Positions 39,795 to 51,899 of a stretch of 64,000 nt of DNA are shown piece by piece. The DNA comes from Lama guanicoe (taxonomy: Eukaryota). How positions within the stretch are numbered: the stretch's first letter is position 1; every line of letters begins with the position of its first letter. The DNA lies in the NCBI GenBank assembly GCA_013239625.1, contig MU053810.1:4682071-4746070 (forward strand), written 5' to 3'. The notes under the pieces are model-generated. The model made no database searches and had not been told where the DNA came from. It worked only from the letters and a program-made list of their open reading frames with translations. The position numbers were made by a program, and so were the translations under genes.

Positions 39795-41000
39795 ATGGGC
39801 TATCAGCCCATCTTCAAAATGTATCTAGAGCCTGACCGCTTTTTACCTCGTCTGCTCCTAGTCCACCACCACTTCTTTCTACGACCACTGCAGTAGCCTC
39901 CTAAGTGGTTCCCCTGCTCTCCTTCTTGCCACCAGTAGTCTCCAGAGAGCAACCTGGGTGGTCGTCCCAATCCCGGAATTGCGTCACGTCACTCTTCTGT
40001 GTGCTGCATGGCCCACCATCTGTTCAAAGTACCAGCCCATCCACCATCTGGACGAGTTCAAGTGAATCCGCCATCCGGCCTTGTCTTCTGCTACCCCCAT
40101 CCCTCTGTTCCAGCTACTGATGTCTTGGTAGTTCCTTTAATAGCCTAGCTTATTGCTACCCAAGCCTTTGTATTTTCCGTTCCCTTTGTCTGAAATGTTC
40201 TCCTAGACATCTATAAGAAGGCTGGCCTTTTCATTCAATCTTTATTCACATGTCTCATCTGAACTGGGCTTCTTGGCCACCCTTTCTGAAATATTGTTCC
40301 CTTTCCTATTAGGTTTATGCTAACCTGCTTTATCTCCCTACAGTAGACTACAGATCTCCCTTGGCTTCTGATGGGGTTACATCCTGATAAACCCATCATA
40401 AGTGGAAAATACCCTATGTTGAAAATGCATTTAATACACACAACCTACCAAACACTATAGCTTAGCCTCACCTACTTAAAAACGTACCCAGAACACTTCC
40501 ATTAGCCTACAGTTCAGCAAAATCATCTAACACAAAGCCTGCTTTACAGTAAAGTGTTGACCATCTCATGTAATTTATTGACTACTGTACTGAAAGTGAA
40601 AAGCAGCATGGTTGTGTGGGTCCAGCATGGTTGTTAAGTGTGTAGGTCATTCACTCTGGTAATCACGTGCTTGACCGGGAGCTGCGGCTCATTGCCTCTG
40701 CCCAGCATCGCGAGAGAGTATCTACCACATATCTCTAGTCCAATAAAAGATCAAAATTCGAAGTACGGGGGCTTCTACTGAAGTGTATTTCTTTCACACC
40801 ATCATAAGGTCAAAAAATTGTTAAGTCAAACCCTTTTAAATTGGGGACTGCCTAACATAGTATGTGTTTATTGGCACATCCCTACCTCTCCCCAACTCAC
40901 ATAAAAGGTCTAGGACAGCAGATGTCTTGTTTTGTTTGCTGCTATTTTGCAGTCTTCTAATATGGTGCCTACATAGAGTTAGATGCCCAATGAATACGTG
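39795..41000 (+). mobile_element. L2 LINE interrupted by a Tigger5-type element
   Basis: cttcaaaatgtatctagagcctgacc...ctgcagtagcctcctaagtggt...tgtctgaaatgttctcc, resuming after 40855 to tggtgcctacatag. Confidence 0.7.
40351..40854 (+). mobile_element. Tigger5b/MER47-like DNA transposon
   Basis: TA|cagat...gatggggttacatcctgataaacccatcataag...gaaaatgcatttaatac...gggagctgcggctc...cccagcatcgcgagagagtat...ttggggactgcct. Confidence 0.85.
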
Positions 41001-43379
41001 ATGGTAAAATTAGCAAACTGGAGTGGATGATGTAGTTCTTTATGTGACTCTCAAAGCACTTGTACATACACAATTGTATTTGACTCTATGAAGTAGAAAA
41101 TCAACATGGAACAAATTTCTTTTCTTGCATGTACACCAATAAAAAATTGGTCTGATCCCAAAAAGACTTCTGCAGTGACAGAAAGCAGATCAGTGATTAA
41201 TTGGGGGATGACAAAAGGAATGAGGGAACATTTTGGAGCAAGGCAGATATTCAATATCTTCATTGTGGTGATAGTTTCATGGATATGTGCATATATCAGA
41301 ACTTATTACCAAGTTTGTGCATTTTAAATATATATAATGGATGGTATGTTATTTTACCTTAAAAAATGCTGCTTTTTAAAAAAATATTACTTAACTTTCA
41401 AGATCACACAGCATTTTAATGGCAAAGTTTGACAGGAGCCACATTGGCAGATTCCTTGGGTCATTAACAGTAATGATTCTCAATTTACAATATCATTTAT
41501 TTATATATTCCTCCATGTGGAAAAAGGGAACTGTGCTTTTAAGGTTTGGAGATGTTCTCTATCACAAATGTCAAGTTCCATTCCTTAAATTAAGTGAAAA
41601 TCAAATAGCCAAAAGTAACTGGATAGTATTTGAGGAATTGCAGATTTATAGAACTTTTAGTTTGTACAAGTTAGAGAATTAAATGATTTGACCGGGGTCG
41701 CATAGAACAGCAGTTTGGTACGGGAATTAGAAACTGGATAACCCTGAATTTTGTTTCTCAGTATGAAAGCCACATTTCTCCTTCCTTTCATTCTTTATTG
41801 GCACATTGTAACATTTTCCCCCCCAAGAACCAAAAATATCTGTTTCTCAAAATCCTTTGAGCATGTTTCTTTTTCTCCCTTGTGAATGAGGCATTCTAAA
41901 TGCCTCCTGGCACATACAGGACTCACTGTTAAGCTCTTTTTTTATATTTACTATTTAAGAGAGGCATTCCCTATTAAAAACAGTATCAAGAGAACTGGAG
42001 GAAAAAAAACAGTAAAGGAATCATCAAGGTGTACGTGTCAGGTCAAGTTAAGGCTGAAATTCCACCTAATGTGGTCAAATAAGCCACATTGTAATTAATC
42101 TGTTTCTGGCAGAGCAGCTGCTCTCAAGCTGATCAATATTTTTCTGTTTAAATGGACACTTATTTTTAAATTTTCCTATTAGTGCTACTAAGTACCTACT
42201 GAATGCAAAGCACACAGAGGGATTCAAAGAAGTCAGACCAACTTTCAAGGAGACAGACTAGAACCAGTGCCAAATATTTTGTAATGCAAAGAAAACATAC
42301 TGTGTTTTGAGATCCTTAAGACTACTTTTTTTGTTTTGAATCATTAGGGACTCTTATCTTTTAGCTTTAAATTGATTGGTTTATCCCATTTATTTCACAT
42401 ATATTCCTAAGACTCTTGATCAATTTATAGTTGTGATTTTAAGTGCATTTAGATACTAATTACTACCTAAAGGGTGTGCTTGGTGAATTCTTTCATAATG
42501 TTAATAATTACTCCTTGGTTATCTATCATGAGAAATTGTATGTGTGTGCATATGTATATAAATATATATATATTCAGAAACCAAATGTGTGTTGTGGCCA
42601 TTTCAGAAAAAAAAAAATATATATATATAAAAACACACACATACGTGATTTTCTTAAATTGGGACAAACTTCTATGTTTGTAAGTATCACTCAGTAATCT
42701 TAGGCAAGCCTATTCAAGCAGAGAGGAGAAAAAAAACAATGGAAAACTAAGACTCCTGTGTGATTCTTTTTTCATTTGCATCACATCTCACATCTAAACA
42801 GACACTAACATGTTTCCTCGAGTCTAGCTATGAACGTTGCATATTTTTAGTTTCTTTTTAGAATCTGGAGTCTAGCAACTACCAGTAGGATGTTGCTAAT
42901 GAAAATTGATGCTTTTGCTTCTGGCCGGGCATACCACAGAGAGATCATGGAGGTAACGTCCAACTCATGTACAGAGCATGCCTTATAAAACAAGGGACAT
43001 CATCGCCGAGGGTGGATTCACAGTATCTGCATAGAAACAGACTCTAGCTGGACTGCCAGATATTATGCTGTGATTAAAAGTTGTTTGCGTCTGCAGAATT
43101 CTAAAAGAAAGATCCGCTGCAATTTTTTATGTTTGTTATAATTTTTCCATTAAGATTGTGACAAAACCACAAAAATGTTTGGTTAAAAAACAAAAAAAAG
43201 AGGAAGAAAAAGAAGAAGAGAAATCTGAGCCCTCTAAAAATATTTCTCTTATTACTGATGGCATTTGAGCAGTGTCTCATCTGAATTGCTTACCAGTCTT
43301 CCGCAATCCTTTGGGACTATTTTGAGACTGGATTACCCAATGCTTTATCTTAAGTTCTCCATGTTTTATGAACTCCCCT

Positions 43380-45110
43380 TCAAGCTACGTGACAAAATGG
43401 CTAGAACATTATCTATAAGCACCATCTCCAATTCCTCTCTTGTGGTTTCTCTTGAACCCGTCCATCCAGAGGTACAGTACCACCACTCCATAGAAACAGC
43501 TGTGGTCAGGGTCACCTGTGACCCCCCCACCCCACCCCCTACAGCATGTTAAAAAGCCCTCTTGTCAGCACCTGCCACACTAGACCACTTCCTGTGTTTA
43601 AGACATGTACCTCTCCTGGCCTCCTGAGTGCCCCTCACCCCCAGTTATCTTCTGACCTCACTGGCCACTCCTCTAAGGCCTTCTTTGTTGATTCCTTTTC
43701 AATTTTTCACCCTTAAACATTGGCCACTGCCCACAGATGGCTTCTCTTCTGAGCTCTGCTGGTGCCGTAAGTGGTCTGATCCAGTCTCTCAGGGCCAGAT
43801 GTCACCTATGTGATTCTCTTAGTCCAACTCAGGCTGCCATGACCAAATTCTGTAGATGCGGTAAACAATGGAAATTTATTTCCTCACAATGCTGGAGGCT
43901 TGGAAGTCCAAGATCAAGTTCTGGTGAGGCCTCTCATCCTGGCCTGCAGAGGGCCACCTTCTCGATGTGTCCTCACATGGCCTTTCCTTGGTGTCTGTAC
44001 ATGGAGAGGGAAAGAAGATCTCTCTGGTGTTTCTTTCTGCAAGGGCACTAATCCCATCAATGGGGGCCCCACCCTCATGACCTCATCCTAATCACCTCCC
44101 AAAGGCCCCACCTCCAAATACTGTCACTTTGAGGGTTGGGACTTGAATATATGAATTTGGGGATAGGGGTGGTACCAAACATTCAGTCCACAGCAATGGT
44201 GATGTCCCCTCTGGCCCTCACCTCTCTCCTGAAGACCCCCAATACATATTTCACATCACCTACTTGACATCTCACCCTTAACAGGTCCAATAGTGAACTG
44301 CTGATTCCCCCAAAAAAACCTACGTCTTCCAACGTCAGTACATGGCAACCCTCTCCTGCCATCCGCCCCTGCCATTCTCCTTAACCCTTTACATATATAT
44401 ATATATCTCACTTCATATCCATTCTGTCAGGGAATCCTATTCACTCTACTTTCAAACTGAAATCTGACCACTTCTTACTACCTCTGGTTCTCTGCCCAGG
44501 TCCAAACTACCAAAATCTCTCCCCTGGATTGTTGCCTTAAGTTCCTGTGGTTTTCTGGTGTTCGTCCTTGTCCCCTTTCATGAGCTCTCCTCAAAGCGGC
44601 CCTGGTAAATGGACCTCATCTCATCCCACCTCTGCTCACGCCCCTCTGTTGTTTTCCCAGCTCACCGAGAGTGAAGGGTCTGCAGGTCTGACCACGTGCT
44701 TCCTTTCTGACCTCATGTCATCCGTTTCCCATCTCTCTCACTCTCCTCCAAACACACTAGCCCTTTGTGGGCCCGGGGATGCACCAGGCATGCTCCTCCC
44801 TCTGTCCAGACTGCTCTTCGTCCAGATATCTGCAAGCCTTGCTCCCAGCCTTCTTTCAAATATTTTACCAGCAGGACATTCAACTACTGTCAATAAAATA
44901 GCAACCCACCCACTCCCACCCCACTGCTCTCTGCCCCCCACACCCTGTTTTATTTCACTCCCTTTTGTTTGGCACACTCTCCACTCTTGTCCATGAACTC
45001 ATTGTCTGTTGTACATCAGTAGAAATGAAGACCTGAGTTCACCGTCTATCCCCAGCCTTTGGAAGACTGTGCGGCACACACGGGTACTACATAAATATTT
45101 CTGGAAGGAG
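43380..45110 (+). mobile_element. L2 LINE (ORF2 end plus 3' end) interrupted by MLT1A
   Basis: caccactccatagaaacagctgtggtcagggtcacc...cctacttgacatctc...ctctactttcaaa...ctgaccacttcttac...ataaatatttctggaaggagtga. Confidence 0.75.
43815..44195 (-). mobile_element. MLT1A-like MaLR solo LTR
   Basis: tcttagtcc...ggctgccatgac...ggaagtccaagatcaag...cactaatcccatc...ctaatcacctcccaaaggccccacctccaaatac...aacattcagtccacagca. Confidence 0.85.
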
Positions 45111-45139
45111 TGACACCTGCCTCTTACGGTACTCATCCT

Positions 45140-45635
45140 GCACTGCTGCTGCTCTAAATCTAAAACGGCCCTGAGTTTCATCAGCATCTCTCCCATCTTA
45201 AGGCTTTCACCTAAGGATCAAAATAACAGTTCAATCTGCTTTTGCTTTTAGTTGTTGTAACTTGCACGAGCACACCCTGTCGGTTGAAGCACTTGTCCTG
45301 TGGAGAAGGGACATACGATTCTCCCTTTTGTTATGCTTGTTTTAAAGCATAATATTTATATATCAGTTGAACTGCATTGTAGAAGATAGAGCCGAGGGAA
45401 TGCACAGATGTCTGGATGTGATAGTGATCTGGGCTGGGTCTCGTTTCTCCAGGTGACTTCCAGCCCAGGGTATGTACTCGTTCAATGTCTGTTGCGACGG
45501 GGCAGCCCAAGATGCCTTTGATAAGTTCTTCAGCCATTGAAGTGAGTAGAAGTATTGTGGGTTTGTTGCTTCTTTCCCAGGACCTTCGGATAGGAGGGCC
45601 AACAATTGTCATTTTGATCTTGAGGCATTTAGGGA
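45140..45635 (-). mobile_element. Degraded LINE ORF1p (L1-type RRM plus probable CTD) coding fossil of uncertain family
   Basis: Frame-joined minus-strand translation NASRSK/MTIVG/SEGPGKEATNPQYF/MAEELIKGILGCPVATDIERVHTLGWKSPGETRPSP/ITI parallels NRSRRNNIRIVGLPEG...IERAHRLG...RPRPII of L1-clade ORF1p. Confidence 0.6.
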
Positions 45636-46864
45636 TTGGGGGGGGAGGACCCTTCCCTCTGCAAGCAGGGAGAAAGGTTGCCCATGGTGGGCCTGGAAAC
45701 AGGGGTTGTATTTTATCAACAGTGATGGGGAGACCTGGCGACATGGATATGAGCAGGGCCACTTTGTCATCGCGGTCTGTCCTCACCCACCCCTCCCAGG
45801 GCTGTCTTTGCCACCCTCAGACATCTGTTCTTTATTGCGATCGTGTGCTGGAGAACAGAAGCTAAGTTCAAAAGGCAGCACTGAAACTGCAAAGGGAAAT
45901 GGGGAGGAGGAGGAGGAAGCAGCCATGTGTTATGTCCCTTAAATGCCCCTTCAGAAAGCACCGGAGGGCAACAGAAGGTAAGGGTAACAGTAAAGTCTCT
46001 CTGGGTTCTTTCAAGGGCAGATTGGAAAGCTCGACTTGTCAGGCCCAGCCCTGGAGATTCACGTCATGGGATCTGGTGCCCAGCCCTTCCGTAGAGCCCC
46101 TGCGAGCCGGAGGCCGGGCACTTGGGGGGATCTTGTTACCCCGGTGCACCTGGAATTCTCCCGGCAGCAACTCTGTCCTTTTCCACTTGCCTGTAAAGCG
46201 AGATGGGGCCTACAAGGAGACATCTTACAGAAAGTAAGCCTTTTAAAAGCCCTGCTCCAACCAGGACAAGTGCCACCAAGTGACCTCACCTGGCACACAC
46301 AACCGACAGATCCATTTCAATCCCATGCTCTCCGCTGTCCAACTCACACTGCCTTGCACACGTGACAGTGATCCGAAGCACCTGTCCGGCCTTTGAGGGC
46401 AGGGGTTCTGCCCACTGCCAGGGGTCTGCATTCTCCTAGGAGGCACCTCTCTTTGGAACCCCTTCATTCCTCTGGCCAGGGCTGAAAAAAGAACATTCCG
46501 GATGTCCCCAGAGGGGCAGGGTGTGGAGAGGGCCGATGACGGGGTGATGCTGAAGAGGCTTCCAGAAGAGCCACACCCTCTGGCATGGACCCAGGGACAC
46601 AGGAGGAGCGGCAGGGAAGATGCAGGGAGGGGTGGGGGCTGGCAGCCAGGGACCAGCCTCCGGCTCGCCCTCTGTTCCTGCCCCTCCTGGCTGGAGCCCG
46701 GCTGGATTTGCCTGGGAGTGTCCACAGGGCAGCTGTGGCCTGTTGGGGTGAAGAGAACTTTCATAACAGCCTGAGAAAGCCTCCTGAAAGCTCAGAAGAA
46801 CCCGATAGTGAACAAGTAACAGAAATAATTAGCACATAATAATAATGGAAAAAATTTGAAACTT

Positions 46865-47020
46865 GGAGAGGAGGGTGTAGCTCAGTGGTAAAGTGCATGC
46901 CTAGCATGCACGATGTCCTGGGTTCAATCCCCAGCACCTCCATTAAAAAATGAATAAATAAATAAATAAACCTAATTACCTCCTCCTTCCCCCAAAAAAA
47001 TAAAGTGAAAAAAAAAAGAT
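46865..47020 (+). mobile_element. tRNA-derived SINE (Vic-1-like)
   Basis: gagggtgtagctcagtggtaaagtgcatgcctagcatgcacgatgtcctgggttcaatccccagcacctcc, (aaat)n, cctaattacctcc, A tail. Confidence 0.9.
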
Positions 47021-47044
47021 AAAATTGAAAAAAATGTTTTTAAA

Positions 47045-47137
47045 AGATTGATAATTCCCCCCAAATTAATTTCAAACACTGCACCATGGATCCAAGGAGC
47101 TCAGAGAACACCAAACAGGATAAATGCAAAAAAAAAA
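47045..47137 (+). mobile_element. Mammalian L1 ORF1 fragment
   Basis: Translates PKLISNTAPWIQGAQRTPNRINAKK (cf. L1 ORF1 PKL..DTKPQIQEAQRTPSRIN.KK). Confidence 0.7.
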
Positions 47138-49682
47138 ATTTTTTTTTTAGTTGAAGCTTAAATAGTCACAGAAGCAGTCACCAATGACTGTGACGTGGAG
47201 ACACGAAGTAGCTCAGCACGACTGAGCTCTCCTGCCAACATGAAGCCAAAAATAAAGTAAGCAAGTGTCTGGGAGAAGCAGAGGACACCCAGGTACCTGC
47301 GTCCATCAGGACTACTCAGAAAGTCAGCAACGTCACATCTGTTGATGGAAGGACCTATTCCTAGCATTGACGCCAATGTTCAGGAAACATTCCTAATCCT
47401 TCTGTCGCACACGAGCCTGCCTGGGACCTGCACAGAGGCACCTGGACCGTGTGCCTAAATATTTTGAAAGCTGTAAATCAGACTGACGAACAGTTGGATA
47501 AAATATGTTCTAGCCTCATGCTTTGACCAGGATCCCTTCGCCACCACCTAGAAAGGCAGATGTGATTTTAGAATTTTTAAAATTTTCCGAGTTCTCTGCC
47601 AGATCGCGGGATGGAGTGTCCCCCTCGGCCCTGATCTGTAGCAGCCCACTCTCCTCCCGTTTCTCCCGCCATCTCTTTTCATGTTTTGTGTGCGTGACGC
47701 CCAACCTGCAGGGGCAAGCCCCCACCCCCCATGCTTCTTGCTTACAGCCTTGACCGCCCTCAGCACTTGGGGTGTGCTCAACGATGTTGGGGGTGGGGAG
47801 GGGTTCCAAAGTGTAGGCCCCCTGGGTGGGCCCCTCTGCCACCCTCCTCTTCCATCACACAGTTCGACCCTGATTCCATCGGGACTTACAGACATAAGCC
47901 CTGCACATCCATCAAATCAAGTCAGGGGAAGCGGATCACTGCTGTGAGAGGCAGCATTGGATAGATGAGTTACTTTGTTTCTCACTGATGGGCCAGTCTC
48001 TTTTTTAAGACCTTCAAAATGAAGGCCAGTGGTAGATGAATTCCCCCAACTGCCCACACCCTCTTTCTCACCATTCTCTGGAAAAAAATGTTGAGCCTCC
48101 CCCTCAAACACCCAAGAAGCAGCTGAGAAAAAGCCCCAAAAAAGAACAGCCACTCAACTCAGCGCGTGCCTCACCCTCCCCGTCACATTTCCTACCGCAC
48201 TGCCTTCTCCACAGACCTGGGAGCAGAAAAGCAAGGAGAGAAATGTGAGTGTTCCCGAATCCCTGGCGGGGGCTGCCTGTGCTGGAGCGTCCCTTCCACG
48301 GAGACCCTCCTGTCCTCTGCCCCGGTTACCTGAGTGGGTGCACCTAAGGGTGGCAAAGGCCAGCTGTTTGCAGACTGATGAATTTTTCCCCAGATCCTTC
48401 CCTGAGGTGCTAGAGAGTGGACCAGTTTCAGGAGAGTCACAGACTGATGGGGACTAGGATCGCTGGGGGACAAGAGCCCCGGCAGAAGGCTGGGCCTCGG
48501 AAGGACACCAAGATGTGGAGTCCAGGAGCGAGAAGGAGGTTGGGAAAGATGTGGGAAGAAGTGGCACCAAACGGCATGGCTCTCTGGGGTCCCAGCATCC
48601 CACAGTTACTGCTTTTAAAACATAATTTGAAAAAGGGAGGAGACTGTCTTGGGAAGTGGAATCCATAGATATGGGTGTACCGCCGTTTGTTTACATTTGT
48701 CATCAAAGGATGGTTTCTATTTTTTGTCATTTGTGTTACTTAGAGTGTCAAAGTATAAAGAAGTACGTTTGTTTCCATTTACCCTGAAAGTTTCTTCTGG
48801 AAATTGTTCGTGATTCTGAGGGATGCTTACCAGAGGGGAAAAGTAGGTTGTCCTGTCTTTCTCCCCCAATTCAGGGACTAAAGTGGTTGTACCTTTTCAA
48901 GAAAAATAATTTTCACATAATAGTAAAACATAGAAGAAATCATGAACAGTAAAATTCATGACACTCTATATTGGGGTTTTAAAAAAATCTACATGTAATT
49001 TATATAAAAACTAACATTTCATACTGAAAAGTCTCCTAAAGAAATACTCATTCATCCATAATAATTACTGGTTATTATGATGTAAAATACTGGTAACTCA
49101 GCAGAGAAGAAAATAAATTTCAGATTAACTGAGATGGTTTCTTACTAATGCCCATAATCTCTGGTCTTAAATCTGCTAATCAGTATAACTGAAGACCAGG
49201 CAAGATGTATAAATCTTCTGGTGGAGATGGGCACATATACTTTGATTTATAGCCAAAGTCTTTCTGCTATTTTGAAAACAGTCATTGGAAAGTCTGTAAA
49301 AGTTGCACCTTTCATATCCTTAGGAGGCCAGTTCCTTTTTTTCTGGGATCATGATTATTGTACTTTTTTATTTTTGTTCTTTAAGAAAATCTCCTTCCTT
49401 TTGTGGCCTTTACTCTTTGGTTCTGTGTTATAGAATTTCTGCACCCATTTTTTTTTTCTTTTTATCAAAACACAAGGAAAACTTCCAAATTTTCATAATT
49501 ACATCCGGGTTTAAGCTCCGCAGTTGGATCTGGGTGCTCTGTAGAAGTGACACTATTTAGACACTATGATTTTAACATTAAAAAAATATTAAATAAAAAT
49601 ATTCTTTAATTTTATGGATGGAAAAAATACAGAAAATAAAAAAAATTCTATAATAGACACTACCAAAATCAGATATTTGCAG

Positions 49683-49860
49683 CCTAGCACAACGGTTAAG
49701 ATCATTAGCTGAGTGAGTCATACAAGTTACTTCTCTTTACTTCATCTGTAAAATGGGGATAATTATAGTGCAACCTCATAAAGAAGGTTAAATGAGTTAC
49801 TATTTGGGAAGGGCCTAGACCGGTGCCTGGCACATAGTGAGTGCTATATAAGGTGTTAAA
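49683..49860 (+). mobile_element. MIR SINE
   Basis: ttcatctgtaaaatggggataattatagt...ggtgcctggcacatagtgagtgct. Confidence 0.85.
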
Positions 49861-49929
49861 TTTTAGAAAGAAAAATATGTTTCTGTAACAGCTTCAGGCC
49901 TCATATTTTTAAAAAAGTAAAATCTAAAA

Positions 49930-51890
49930 TCCCATCACCTTTCCATCCCCCTTCTTTCCCAGAGCTAATGGGAAGCGTCTCGCTGAAGTCACAGGGTGTG
50001 GCCACCACGCATAAACAATGTATATTACTATTTTGTCTGTTACACAACTTTGCATAAATGGGGTCATAGTGCATGTATCCTTTTGTAACCTTATGTGTTC
50101 ACTCAACTTTGTGTTTTGGAGACTTTTCCATGTTGATGGGTGTGATTCTATTTCATTCATGTTAATTGCTGTTGATGATTCCATGATAAGAATGAACCAC
50201 GGAGAACAACAAATCAGAAGGAAGTGATGCTACGGTGAGCATCGTGGACCAGGTGCCTGCCCATGAGATTTCATCTGTGATAGATAATTTAAAAGAAATA
50301 GCCAGGTTATGGGATGTGCATCTTCCACTTCACCAGGTGTCCTAAAATGATGGTGCGAATTTGTACTTTAACCACCAGTGAATAACAGACTCCATTTTCC
50401 CATGACCAGGCCAATACTTGAAGTTAGTAGACTTACTGACTCTTGCCTATCTGATGGGTTTAAAAGAATATTTCATTGTTTCCATTTTCATTTCCATAAT
50501 TACTAGTGAGATTGGGCTTTTTTGTATTTATTGGCTGCTGGAGTTTCTTCCTCTATGGATTACCTAATTATGTCCATTTTTGTATATCCACTCTGGCCCA
50601 TTTTCTATTTTCTTGTTGATAAATTAGAGTTCTTTAATTTTTCTGACTATTAATCCCTGGTAGAGCAAACGGGTGATAAATATGTCTTCTCTCAGACTCT
50701 GGTTTCTCTACTTTGTTTACAATGTCTTTTGTAGTGCAGAATATTCATTTTCATGTAGTGTAATTAAGCAATGTTTTTCTCTGTGGCTTATGGTTTTTCT
50801 TTCTTTTAAAAGTCTTTCCCTCTACCAACATAGTAGGAGATAATACCGTGTTTCGTCTTGGTTTGTTTTTTAAGTTTCATCATTTAGCTTCTCACATATA
50901 GGACTCTAGTCCATCAGGAATTTATTTTACTTATGTTGTAAGGAAAGGATATATTTTTTTACTTTTTCCATATGGTGCACCAATTTTCCTGACACTGTTT
51001 ATGGAACAGCTCTTTCTCCATGGGCTTTTACCACCATCTCTGTCATACATCAAGCTTTTGTAAAGCCTATGTCTTTTTCTAGGCTCTGTTTTGTTCAATG
51101 AACCTCCTTGCTCTTTCCCTGTACCAGAAACACACTGTCTTAGTAGTGTTGCTATAGAAAAGTTCTCCCTCTTACTGTTGTTCTTCAAATTTGTCATATT
51201 GTTGGTGATATAAGTGCTATATTTTTATCAAACAATATTCTCTGATTTTTTTTCTAGTATTTGGGGTTTATAATTGACTCTATGTCTTTCAGTCATGTTG
51301 AATCCTTATTAGTTCTAATACTGTGTCTGCAGGTTTCCTTGGATTCTCTGTTACATCATCTGAGGATAATCTCAGTTTTGATTTATCCTTTCTAATCCAT
51401 ATACCTTGCATTTCTTTTTCTTGTGTTAAGTGGGCTAGCCAGGACTTTAGATGCAACAATAGCACAAATTCTGGATTTGAAGAGAATGCTTCTAAGATTT
51501 CATCATTAAGTGTTATGTTCGTTTGAGGTTTTTGGTGGATGCCTTTCATTATGTTAAGAAAGTTCTCTTTAATTGTTAAGTTATTGGGTTTTTTTTATTT
51601 TGAATATGTTTTGGATTTTTCTTAACATTTTTTCTGACACTATCAAGATTATTGTAGAGTTTTTCTTATTTATTATTGCAGCATATAATAGTACTAGACT
51701 TTATGGTGTTAAACCATCCTTACATTCCTGAGATGAACTCTTCTTGGTTATGATGGGGTTTTTTTTTTTCATACATTGCTAAATTTGCTTTGCTAATGTG
51801 TAATTTAGGGAGTTGCATTTAAATTTGAAATCTTTACTTTTATTACTTTCTTAATATCCAGGTTAATACCAGCCTTACAATATGAGTTGA
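49930..51890 (-). mobile_element. Old L1 (L1ME-like) ORF2/3' UTR fragments
   Basis: T-rich antisense L1: ttttccatatgg...accaatttt, ctctgtcatacatcaag, ttctaagatttcatcattaagtgttatg, aaccatccttacattcctgagatgaactc. Confidence 0.8.
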
Positions 51891-51899
51891 TAGTGCAAT

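Noticed and set aside
45331..45786. 151-aa minus-strand ORF as a functional L1TD1-like gene
   Set aside because: ORF1p-like motifs are spread over different frames, and there is no coiled-coil region or splice structure. Treated as a fossil.
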